A DNA stretch of 64,000 nt from Acidobacteriota bacterium (GCA_029263335.1 JAJCXS010000038.1:5823-69822), one strand, 5' to 3'; numbered from the stretch's first letter, positions 40,756-49,099 are shown. Numbers and translations: made by a program. The notes: a model not told the origin generated them from the letters alone.

Positions 40756-40825
40756 TCCGGCGGGTCAATAGGTCGTGACCGAGTGCGCCGGAATCTTGTC
40801 TCGATCGCCTAACCGACGGTGCCGT

Positions 40826-41419
40826 ATGCCCGTCTTACACACAGACATGGACAACAGCCTTCCCGAAGTCATAGCCCGCGCACAGGCGGGAGAAGAAGAG
40901 GCCTTCCGCATGCTCGTAGAGCAGCACAGTCGCAATGTGTTCAACGTGGCCTACCGCATTGTAGGTAACTCCGCAGACGCCGAAGAGGCAGTGCAGGAGA
41001 CGTTCCTGAAGGTCTTCAAGCGTCTGGGCAGCTTCGAAGAGCGCGCACGTTTTACGACATGGCTGTACCGCGTGGCGGCCAACGCCGCGATGGATGTTGT
41101 TCGCAGGCGGCAGCGGCACGCCACCCGCGAGGCTGTCCTCGAGGATCAGGAGGGGCAGCTCCTCCCGTTCGCGGCGGAGGCGCCCGGGCCCGAGCGCGAA
41201 GCAGAGGGTGGAGAGATTTCGGACCACATCTCGGCGGCGATGGATCGACTGACCCCGGGGGAGCGCGCGGCCTTCACGTTGCGCCATCTGCAAGGGCTGT
41301 CGATCAGGGAGATCGGCGAGGCGCTCGACATGCAGAGCAACGCCGTGAAGAACTCGATTTTCCGAGCAGTTCAAAAGATGCGGCGCGAACTCGCGCCGTT
41401 TGCGAGAGAGACGTCATGA
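40826..41419 (+). CDS. ECF RNA polymerase sigma factor (ECF2)
   Basis: AEEAVQETFLKVF, FTTWLYRVAANAAMD, LTPGERAAFTLR and VKNSIFRA. Confidence 0.93.
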   Translation: MPVLHTDMDNSLPEVIARAQAGEEEAFRMLVEQHSRNVFNVAYRIVGNSADAEEAVQETFLKVFKRLGSFEERARFTTWLYRVAANAAMDVVRRRQRHATREAVLEDQEGQLLPFAAEAPGPEREAEGGEISDHISAAMDRLTPGERAAFTLRHLQGLSIREIGEALDMQSNAVKNSIFRAVQKMRRELAPFARETS

Positions 41420-42195
41420 AGCATCCGAACGAACAGGAAATAGTCATGTCGATGCTCGGCGACGGGGATGACGCCGGGGGCATCCAGGCCCATCTGGAGG
41501 AGTGCGCCGAGTGTCGTGCGCAGGTAGCCGACATTGAACGGCTCCTGGCCGTCACGGCGGAGCTGGAGGTGCCCGAGCCCGATGCCGGCTTCGAGGCGCG
41601 CATCTGGGAGCGGCAGCAGGTACAGCTGCGGCAGGCAGCGCGCCAAGAGCGCGAAGCTCAGGTGGAATCGGCGACGGTGATCCCCTTCTGGACGTTGCGG
41701 CGCCTGGCCCCGGTTGGTGCCATGGCAGCGATGTTGTTGGTCGCGTTCATGGTCGGTCTCTACAGTTCGCCACCGGGGACGGAAATCGTGCCTGAAGGCA
41801 GCGCCCCGAGCGGTGACAGGGTGCTCTTCGTCGCCGTCGGTGACCATCTGCAGAGCGCCCGCATGGTGTTGGTCGAATTGGTCAACGCCGAGGGTAACGA
41901 GAGCGTGGACATCTCGGCCCAGCAGGAGCGCGCGCAGACGTTGTTGGCCAACAATCGACTCTATCGCCAGACCGCCCAGCTGAACGGGCAGGCCAGCGTG
42001 GCCGATGTGCTGGGAGATCTGGAGAGAGTTCTTCTCGAGGTCGCGCGAACCTCGGGGGAGGTGCCGGCCGAGGAACTCGACTGGCTGCGTGAGCGGATCG
42101 CATCCCGCGATCTGCTGTTCAAAGTAAGTGTGATTGAAGGACAGACCCGACGAGCCGCGACCGCGGACGCCGGTGACCCAACGGCAACGTTGTGA
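41416..42195 (+). CDS. Zinc-binding (ZAS) anti-sigma factor, single TM helix
   Basis: ATGA overlap with the ECF2 stop. N-terminal His plus HLEECAEC (HxxxCxxC), then one TM helix. Confidence 0.85.
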   Translation: MKHPNEQEIVMSMLGDGDDAGGIQAHLEECAECRAQVADIERLLAVTAELEVPEPDAGFEARIWERQQVQLRQAARQEREAQVESATVIPFWTLRRLAPVGAMAAMLLVAFMVGLYSSPPGTEIVPEGSAPSGDRVLFVAVGDHLQSARMVLVELVNAEGNESVDISAQQERAQTLLANNRLYRQTAQLNGQASVADVLGDLERVLLEVARTSGEVPAEELDWLRERIASRDLLFKVSVIEGQTRRAATADAGDPTATL

Positions 42196-42206
42196 GGAGA
42201 AACGAA

Positions 42207-43481
42207 ATGCGAATCGAACGAGTTCTGCGAATCGGCATCGTGGTAATCGGCGCCGTCGTGGCGCTGCCCCTGGCCGCCCAGCAACGCACCGCGGTGCCGA
42301 CGTCGGAAGCCAGGGCACCGCTGCCCCCTGTGTCCGGGCAGGTCAATGAGGCTTACGACGAGGCCACCGTGGCTTTGGACCGCGGCGACTATGCGCGCGC
42401 CATCGCACTGTTCTCCGAAATCGCCAACGGGCAGGGCGATCGTGCCGACGCCGCTCTGTATTGGGTCGCGTATGCGCAGCAACGACAGGGCGACCGCGCC
42501 GGAGCCGTGAACACGCTCGGCATTCTGCGTCGGGAGTTTCCCGACAGTGCATGGCTGGATGATGCCGACCATCTGGTAGCCGAGATTCAGGGTGCCAGCG
42601 GCCGCGTGCGGGGCGCTCCTCGTGCCGACGAAGACAAGGCCGAGGACATTCGGCTCTATGCGCTCAACGCGCTCATGCACGTCGACGCCGAGAGGGCCGT
42701 GCCGCTGCTCGAGCGCATGATTCGCAGCGATGAGCCGGCGAAGATTCGCCAACGTGCCCTGTTTGTCCTGCTGCAGGCGCACGGCGACGAGGCCTTCGAA
42801 TTGATCGCCGACGTGGCCCGGGACGATTCCGAGCCGGAGATGCGGACCTATGCGCTGCGACATCTGGGGATGTTCGGCGGAGAGAGGGCCGCTGCGCTCA
42901 TGGATGAGATCTACCGGCAGTCGGACGATACCGAGGTCAAGCAGGCCATCATCGCCGGCTACATGATGAACGGCGGCACCAAGAAGCTCTACGAGATTGC
43001 CAAGAGCGAGCCGGTGCAAGAGCTTCGTGTCGTCGCTATTCGTCATCTCGCGATGTCGGGTGGTGCGGACGAGCTCTGGGAGCTGTACGAGAGTGAGAGC
43101 TCCGTCGAGGCGCGAAAAGCGATCCTGGGAGCGGTCTTCATGACCGGAGACTCCTCGCGCTTGCTCCAGGTGGCACAGACCGAGTCCGACATCGAGCTGC
43201 GACGGGCCGCGATCCGCGGTCTGGGCATGGTTCGTCACCGAGGCGAGGGGTCGGGGGGCGATTTGGCGATGGCGCTGCTCGATCTGTATCGCACCAATGA
43301 CGATGTCGAGCTTCGCGAGGCCGTGCTGAACGCGCTGTGGATGCGCGGCGAGGCACGTCCATTGATCGGACTCTACGAAGAGACCGACGATCCGGATCTC
43401 CGGCGACGTATCGTTCAGGCACTATCGATGGTGAATGACGAGGAGGCGGTCGCCTTCCTCATTCGCATCATCGAGCAGTAG
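42207..43481 (+). CDS. Secreted TPR + HEAT-repeat protein
   Basis: Signal peptide; TPR-like GDYARAIALF...ALYWVAYAQ...FPDSAW; about seven HEAT-like units. RBS GAGGAG. Confidence 0.75.
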   Translation: MRIERVLRIGIVVIGAVVALPLAAQQRTAVPTSEARAPLPPVSGQVNEAYDEATVALDRGDYARAIALFSEIANGQGDRADAALYWVAYAQQRQGDRAGAVNTLGILRREFPDSAWLDDADHLVAEIQGASGRVRGAPRADEDKAEDIRLYALNALMHVDAERAVPLLERMIRSDEPAKIRQRALFVLLQAHGDEAFELIADVARDDSEPEMRTYALRHLGMFGGERAAALMDEIYRQSDDTEVKQAIIAGYMMNGGTKKLYEIAKSEPVQELRVVAIRHLAMSGGADELWELYESESSVEARKAILGAVFMTGDSSRLLQVAQTESDIELRRAAIRGLGMVRHRGEGSGGDLAMALLDLYRTNDDVELREAVLNALWMRGEARPLIGLYEETDDPDLRRRIVQALSMVNDEEAVAFLIRIIEQ

Positions 43482-43485
43482 GGAA

Positions 43486-44631
43486 ATGCTGTCGAAGTAC
43501 GCCAGGGTGGCAGTCGCCAGCCTGGTCCTGGGAATCAGCCTCGCGGTTTCGGCCACGACACCTCAGCAGCAGGTTGGGCAGGGCCGAGAAGGCGGGGAAC
43601 CGCGTGGAGTCAAGCACGCCGACCTCGAGCAGCGCGCCTTGTCGGGTGACCTGGGCGCGACGATTGGTGACGCCGGCGGCAGCGCGGGCGTCGCATGGGT
43701 CGGGTACAGCGTACCGGCGGTACACGACGGCGGGTCCATGTGCTGCCACTGGAGGGATGACGAGGGCAGCGACCGTTGCGGAGTCTGTCGACTCGGACGG
43801 CGTGGCGCCTACTCCGATGACGAGGGCTCCGATCACGTGGGCGATGATCACGACGACGGGGTCCTCCTCGACGAGGATGGGCGCGTTCGCGTCTTCGTGC
43901 GCGTCGAAGACGGGAAGATCAGTCGCATCCAGTCGTTCTCGTCGCGCTGCGTGATCGACGCCGGCGGCGCACGAGTTGCCTGGCTGCGGGAGGTGAGCGG
44001 AGCGGCGAGCGCCGAGTGGTTGGCCACGATCGTAGAAGACCGCTTCGGCGGCGAGCGCTCCGACAAGGCGGTCGAAGGTGCGCTCTCGGCGCTGGCGATG
44101 CACGATGGCACCGCCGCTCTCAGTCTGCTCGAGGAGTGGGCGACGGGGCGTCACCCGCGCAAGCTCCGGGAACAGGCGATCTTCTGGCTCGGCGCGGCAC
44201 GTGGGGCCGAGTCATGGACAACGCTGGTGCAGCTCGTGACCGACGCGCCCGACCGGGCGATTCGCGCCCGCGCCGTGTTCGCCTCCTATGTTGCGAAGCA
44301 GCCGGGGACCGTGGACCTGCTGATCGGCGTGGCGCGGAACGACGATGCCACGTCGGTGCGGCGCTCGGCCTTGATGTGGCTCGCACAGCTTGCCGGAGAG
44401 CGCGCGATCGAGGCGATTCAGGCTGCGCTCGATGATCCCGACACCGACGTCAAGCGGCATGCCGTGTTTGCGCTCAGTCAGCTCCCAGCCGATCGAGGCG
44501 TGCCGTTGCTGATCGCCATCGTGCGCGAGAACCCGAACCCGGAGGTTCGCAAGCAGGCGCTGTTCTGGCTCGGACAAACAGGGGATGAGCGGGCGCTCGA
44601 ACTCATCGAGGAGTTGCTGGTCGGGGCCTGA
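43486..44631 (+). CDS. Secreted HEAT-repeat protein with Cys-containing N-terminal domain
   Basis: Signal peptide; CCHW...C..C...C; HEAT units LREQAIFWLG, VRRSALMWLA, VKRHAVFALSQ and VRKQALFWLG. Confidence 0.75.
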   Translation: MLSKYARVAVASLVLGISLAVSATTPQQQVGQGREGGEPRGVKHADLEQRALSGDLGATIGDAGGSAGVAWVGYSVPAVHDGGSMCCHWRDDEGSDRCGVCRLGRRGAYSDDEGSDHVGDDHDDGVLLDEDGRVRVFVRVEDGKISRIQSFSSRCVIDAGGARVAWLREVSGAASAEWLATIVEDRFGGERSDKAVEGALSALAMHDGTAALSLLEEWATGRHPRKLREQAIFWLGAARGAESWTTLVQLVTDAPDRAIRARAVFASYVAKQPGTVDLLIGVARNDDATSVRRSALMWLAQLAGERAIEAIQAALDDPDTDVKRHAVFALSQLPADRGVPLLIAIVRENPNPEVRKQALFWLGQTGDERALELIEELLVGA

Positions 44632-44660
44632 CGATGGTCACCGGTATCGCGACGAGAAGA

Positions 44661-44695
44661 AAAAGCCCCGCCCGGGTTTTCCGGGCGGGGCTTTT
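44661..44695. terminator. Bidirectional intrinsic terminator
   Basis: AAAAGCCCCGCCCGG-GTTTT-CCGGGCGGGGCTTTT, between convergent genes. Confidence 0.85.
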
Positions 44696-44718
44696 CCTTG
44701 GAGAGCGGTCTCTGCTGC

Positions 44719-45072
44719 TTAAGCTACGAGCTCGCGGGCCAGCGCGGCGTCCTCGTTCTCGAGGTTCTCGCGGATGAGCTGCGGCGTGACGCCCACATAG
44801 TTGCAGACTTCCTCGAACCAGCTGCTCTCGAAGAACTCGCGAGGATCTCCGTCCTCGGTCATCTGGCGCAGCTTCTTGCGGTCGTACCGCGACTTGCGCT
44901 CCTGGCCAGCCATACGCTGCAGGAAGCGGTAGTCGTTGACCGCCAGCTCGATGATCGACAGATACATCTGACGGCAAGACTCGACGTCGTGCTGTTCGAT
45001 GCTCTCGGTTACCCGGCCGGGGATTTCCACATCGGAATAGAGTTCGAAGAACTCTTGAGTTGCTGTGGCCAT
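44719..45072 (-). CDS. Small acidic cytoplasmic hypothetical protein
   Basis: 117-aa ORF with plausible codon use and a purine-rich RBS region, ending at a strong terminator. Pattern IIELAVNDY...FFESSWFEEVCNYVGVTPQLIR. Confidence 0.7.
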   Translation of the reverse strand: MATATQEFFELYSDVEIPGRVTESIEQHDVESCRQMYLSIIELAVNDYRFLQRMAGQERKSRYDRKKLRQMTEDGDPREFFESSWFEEVCNYVGVTPQLIRENLENEDAALARELVA

Positions 45073-45132
45073 TGCTCTTACTCGCTTGTGCGGTTGTTGT
45101 CCAAAGTCTATGGCGTAGTTATACAAAACTTC

Positions 45133-45175
45133 TGGATAAGAAAACAACCCCGTTGCACAATATTTGGATAAGAAA
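45133..45175. repeat. Exact 11-bp direct repeat TGGATAAGAAA x2 (candidate operator sites)
   Basis: Copies at 45133-45143 and 45165-45175 (32-bp period) in an AT-rich divergent intergenic region. Confidence 0.7.
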
Positions 45176-45181
45176 TATATT
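45153..45181 (+). promoter_or_regulatory. Sigma70-like, probably leaderless promoter of the MerR regulator
   Basis: TTGCAC-N17-TATATT; the ATG follows 7 nt later and there is no RBS. Confidence 0.6.
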
Positions 45182-45188
45182 TTGAGCC

Positions 45189-46070
45189 ATGCAGTACTCG
45201 ATCAAGGCCGCTGCGATGGCCACAGGAGTCTCCGAGGGGCGCCTCAGAACCTGGGAAAGACGGTACGGAATCCCGCAGCCGAACCGCTCCGCCAGCGGCC
45301 ATCGCAAGTTCAATGACGACGATCTCTATGTGATCCGTCGCATGGCGGCCCTCATCGATTCGGGCATGGGTGCGGCCGAGGCCGCAGACGCGGCGAGCAA
45401 TGAGAGCGGCGACGAAAGACCCGAGCCCGTAACTCCACAGCGCGCCAATCCGCTCGTGGATCTGTTTGTCCAGAAGGCTCACGACCTGGACGAGGGTTGG
45501 ATGGTGCGGATCGTCCGAGACTCGGTCTTCTCCAGTGGCTGGGCGCCGACCATGGAGCGAGTGGTTTTCCCCAGTCTTCGTCGCCTGGCGCAGGACTGGG
45601 GTGAAGCCCGGATCTCGATGGCGCACAACCGCTACGCGATGGAGACGGTGCGCACCCTGCTGTCGGCAGAGCTGGTGAAGCTAGGTCCGGTTGAAGATGC
45701 GCGCGGCACGGTACTGCTGGCTGCTGCCGAGGACGACGAGTACGACCTGGCGGCGCTGGCGCTCAGCCTGCTGCTCCGCCTCGTGGAGCTGAAGGTGTAT
45801 TTCGTTGGACGCTCTGTCAGCTGCCAGTGCCTGATCGAGACCGCCAGACAGCTCAACCCGAGCGCGCTGGTGATTGTGGGGACGCGCCGGGCGAGCCCCG
45901 GCAGACTCAACCGGTGCGCGCGGGCGATCGTTGCGAGCCGGCTGTCGACGCCGCTTCTGGTAGGCGGCTCGATATTGACGCGTCGTGACGCGCCGCAGAT
46001 CCCCGGTGTGCACCTGCCGCAGTCGCTGGTGGCCTCGGCCGAGCGCATTCAGCAGGCCGCCGAGGGCTAG
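45189..46070 (+). CDS. MerR-family HTH regulator with CarH/LitR-like cobalamin-binding-fold C-terminus (ligands not conserved)
   Basis: YSIKAAAMATGVSEGRLRTWERRYGIPQPNRSASGHRKF, followed by a four-helix cap and a Rossmann-like domain. Confidence 0.85.
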   Translation: MQYSIKAAAMATGVSEGRLRTWERRYGIPQPNRSASGHRKFNDDDLYVIRRMAALIDSGMGAAEAADAASNESGDERPEPVTPQRANPLVDLFVQKAHDLDEGWMVRIVRDSVFSSGWAPTMERVVFPSLRRLAQDWGEARISMAHNRYAMETVRTLLSAELVKLGPVEDARGTVLLAAAEDDEYDLAALALSLLLRLVELKVYFVGRSVSCQCLIETARQLNPSALVIVGTRRASPGRLNRCARAIVASRLSTPLLVGGSILTRRDAPQIPGVHLPQSLVASAERIQQAAEG

Positions 46071-48493
46071 TGCTCGTCACCTGATTGACGCGGCGTCGGC
46101 AACAGGTGCAGCGTTGAGACCGCCGCATCGGTAGCCGCCGCGGTGCTCCAATGCACGCCGTGTAGCAGCCCGTCGCGGTACATGGACAGCTGATCGTCGT
46201 AGTGTTCGTCGTAGGGGTGTCCGGACTGGCCCCCGGGCAGCACGCTCAGTGCCAGGTCGGGATCGGTCGGGTCGGAGATCCAGCGCATGGAGGGGCCGTA
46301 GGCGATTCGCTCTCGGTTGCCGCCCGAGAACGTGCCGAAGGCCGCCACCGTGGTATCGGACCCTGGCCAGGGCGTCGGCCCGCGGTTGAACGTTGCACCG
46401 AGCAGCGGCACCGAGCCGAGCGGGTTCTCGAGATGTAGTTGGTGGAGCGTTCCATAGCCCCACTCGTCGGGCGCGGGTCCCCAGCGGTCAACGGCGCTGC
46501 TCCAGGAAGAAGCCAGAACCGAACTCAGCACTTCGCTGCGAGTTTCCACCGCCGCGGTGCCGGCGTTGTCGAACCAGTCGAGCCGTGCCTGACCCCTCAT
46601 GATTCGAAGCAGGCGCTTGCGTAGGTCGATGCGCCCGACCCTGTGCCCGTTGGTCTCATCGAAGATGGCCGCAGGCAGGGCACGCTCGACGAGGGCAAAG
46701 AGCGCGGCCGCCCCGCTTCCGCCCATGGTTCCGTCCCAATCCGCCAACAGGGCCCAGGCTTCCGCCGCCTCGCCTTGCCAAGGTCCGGGGCCGATCAAGG
46801 CGACCAGCTGCAGGGCGTACAGCGAACGGACGTCCATCTGGACCTGGGCCATTTCCTCGAGGGCCCAGTCGGCGCGGCTATCGAGGATCGCCGTGATCCG
46901 GTCGGCGCGGTGCCCCGTATCGAAGTCGGCGCTGGGGTGTGCCTGTCGACCCATTCCCACGGCGCCATCGATGGCAGCGTTCGCAGTGACGATGCGGTCG
47001 ATCTCAGGCCGCATCACGGTGCGGTTCGAATGCTGCGGGTACAGCCCGAGCCAGTGCGCTGCGCTGTCCCAGGCGGGCGATGGCAGCCGGCCGGTCGCGT
47101 TTCGACGCTGTGGCACCCGCCCTATGGCCGTGAACAGGAGTGAGCCGGTTCGATCTGCGGCCACGAGGTTCTGCGCTGGCGCCACCCACTGTTCCAGCTG
47201 GCCGACGAGATCCTCCACCCGCCGTGCGCGGGCCAGGGCGAGTGCCGGCGCCGGCAGGTCGCCGGGAGTGGCTCCGGTCCAGGCCAGCGAGCGAGCGGGG
47301 AGGCCTTGCTCCGCATCCGCGGGCAGCAATACTCCGATGTCGGTGAATCGCACCGTGGCGATCTCGGACGACCCGTCGCCGTGGATGATCTCCTCGGCGT
47401 CCACCGTGACATCAAGCCAGCCGCCGGCTCTTTGAACCCGACGGAGGTCATCACTGGCGCGTTCGAAGAAGACGTCGTGATCGTCGAGCATGACGTTGGT
47501 AAAGGCCCAAGCGAGGTCTGGCCCCTGGCCCAGGACCACGAACGGAAAGCCGGGAAGGGTCATGCCCGCGGCGGAGTACCCGGGCGCGTGGAGCGAGGCC
47601 TGATACCAGATCGACGGCAAGCGCAGGGGCAGATGGGGGTCGTTCGCGACAATGGGGTGGCCGCTGGCGGTGAACGATCCACCCAGCGCCCAGTTGTTGG
47701 AACCGGGGCTCTGCAGCGGCGGAAACAGCGGCGCGGCGGCCAGCTGTCCATCGCGGGTCGACTCGCTAATGCGGGTGGCCAGTGGCGGTGCGGCCGCGAG
47801 TTCGACGATCTGAGGGGGGAGATCGCGTTCGGCAAGATCGGTGAGGTCGGAGAACCGAGCTACTCCGAGGTCGCGCAGCGCGATGAAGCGGTCCTCCTCG
47901 GGTCGTCCCTGGAAGAACGAGAGATCGTGGGCCATCTGTAGCTGGAAGTACGCGCTGTCGAGCACGGTCCACGGCGCGGGCACCACGCGCAGCAGCCGCA
48001 GCTCCGGCGGCAGATCGCCGCCACGCTCCGCCAGCCAGGCATTCACGCCCTCGGCGTAGGCCTCCAGTAGGAGGCGGGATTCGGGGCCGAGCGCGGCTAC
48101 GCTGGCACGCGCGTAGCGCCGCATGCCGAGCTGCACGAAGTAACGATCCGACGGCAGAGCCAGGTCGCCAACGACCTCGGCGAGACGGCCTGCTGCCATC
48201 CTGCGACCGAGTTCGAGCTGCGTCATGCGATCGTTGGCGTGCAGGTAGCCAACGGCTCTCGCCATGTCGGACACACTGTCCGCCTGGACATGGGGAACTC
48301 CCCATCCGTCGAAATGCACCGAGACCGGAGCATCAAGGCCGTTCAACACGGCGTCGCCGGATCGGCGCGGCAGGCCTGTTGTCGCGAGCACCCACCAGCC
48401 GGCGATCGCCACGATGAGAGCGCCTGCGGCAGCAATCGCCAGAGCCGCAAGCACCTGCCGACCGGGTCGGCGAGGGGAGGCGACGTCGCTCAC
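46067..48493 (-). CDS. Penicillin acylase family (Ntn-hydrolase, S45), membrane anchored
   Basis: FDGWGVPH, GYLHANDR, GSNNWAL (catalytic Ser), ANDPHL and PGGQSGHP. The GTG start overlaps the upstream TGA. Confidence 0.9.
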   Translation of the reverse strand: MSDVASPRRPGRQVLAALAIAAAGALIVAIAGWWVLATTGLPRRSGDAVLNGLDAPVSVHFDGWGVPHVQADSVSDMARAVGYLHANDRMTQLELGRRMAAGRLAEVVGDLALPSDRYFVQLGMRRYARASVAALGPESRLLLEAYAEGVNAWLAERGGDLPPELRLLRVVPAPWTVLDSAYFQLQMAHDLSFFQGRPEEDRFIALRDLGVARFSDLTDLAERDLPPQIVELAAAPPLATRISESTRDGQLAAAPLFPPLQSPGSNNWALGGSFTASGHPIVANDPHLPLRLPSIWYQASLHAPGYSAAGMTLPGFPFVVLGQGPDLAWAFTNVMLDDHDVFFERASDDLRRVQRAGGWLDVTVDAEEIIHGDGSSEIATVRFTDIGVLLPADAEQGLPARSLAWTGATPGDLPAPALALARARRVEDLVGQLEQWVAPAQNLVAADRTGSLLFTAIGRVPQRRNATGRLPSPAWDSAAHWLGLYPQHSNRTVMRPEIDRIVTANAAIDGAVGMGRQAHPSADFDTGHRADRITAILDSRADWALEEMAQVQMDVRSLYALQLVALIGPGPWQGEAAEAWALLADWDGTMGGSGAAALFALVERALPAAIFDETNGHRVGRIDLRKRLLRIMRGQARLDWFDNAGTAAVETRSEVLSSVLASSWSSAVDRWGPAPDEWGYGTLHQLHLENPLGSVPLLGATFNRGPTPWPGSDTTVAAFGTFSGGNRERIAYGPSMRWISDPTDPDLALSVLPGGQSGHPYDEHYDDQLSMYRDGLLHGVHWSTAAATDAAVSTLHLLPTPRQSGDEH

Positions 48494-49059
48494 GGCCGGC
48501 GCAGGGGCGCGGCCGCGATGCGTCCCGGGCCGTGTCCGAGCTTGAGACTGGCGACGCACCGTTCGATCAGCGCGGTGACCTCCGAGTAGCGCTCGGCGTA
48601 GTGGGCCCACACGAGAATGTAGGGCACGCCCCGGTGTACCAGCACGACCCGCCGTCGCTGAATTCTGCCCGCGACGGAACCGCGAACGGCCAGCGAGGAG
48701 TGCACCTCGATGCCGTTGATTACCGTCCAGCCCTCCTCGATGATCTCGTCGTCGGCGCTGATCGTGGCGAACAGGTCGTTGATGGCATTGTGGGCCTGAC
48801 TGGCAGGCGCGTCCGGGTCGAGCGCCGATTCCCGGTCACTCATTACGGTGAAATGCGGAAACCCGTCGTTGGCCCCGATGAAGTACAGCAGGATGGTGGG
48901 GCCGCGCATGAAGCCGATCTTCCAGAGGCTCGGCCGGTCGACCACGAGGCCGTCCTCGCCGATCTCGACAGCTACGGTCGGTTCCTCCGAGCCGTCCTGG
49001 GCAGGCACCGGAACAGCCCAGCAGAGCAGGGCGACGAGGACGAACATTCTCAACTTCAT
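48490..49059 (-). CDS. Secreted hypothetical protein
   Basis: Signal peptide ending VPA-QD; coupled to the acylase by a GTGA overlap; TATCCT lies 6 nt before the ATG. Confidence 0.65.
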   Translation of the reverse strand: MKLRMFVLVALLCWAVPVPAQDGSEEPTVAVEIGEDGLVVDRPSLWKIGFMRGPTILLYFIGANDGFPHFTVMSDRESALDPDAPASQAHNAINDLFATISADDEIIEEGWTVINGIEVHSSLAVRGSVAGRIQRRRVVLVHRGVPYILVWAHYAERYSEVTALIERCVASLKLGHGPGRIAAAPLRRP

Positions 49060-49071
49060 GGGCCGAGGATA

Positions 49072-49099
49072 CGACTTTTCCGGTTGACCGGGACTCTAA
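49072..49099 (+). promoter_or_regulatory. Candidate RpoE-like promoter of Spy-like gene
   Basis: CGACTTT-N16-TCTAA, about 50 nt upstream of the ATG at 49149. Confidence 0.4.

Noticed and set aside
40756-40825. Autoregulatory GAAAC/CGT promoter for ECF2 itself
   Set aside because: GGAATC is present on the plus strand, but no CGT element follows at 16-17 nt, so autoregulation by this motif is unsupported.
45189-46070. Calling the regulator carH/litR
   Set aside because: The cobalamin ligand motifs are not conserved and no carotenoid or photoprotection genes are adjacent.
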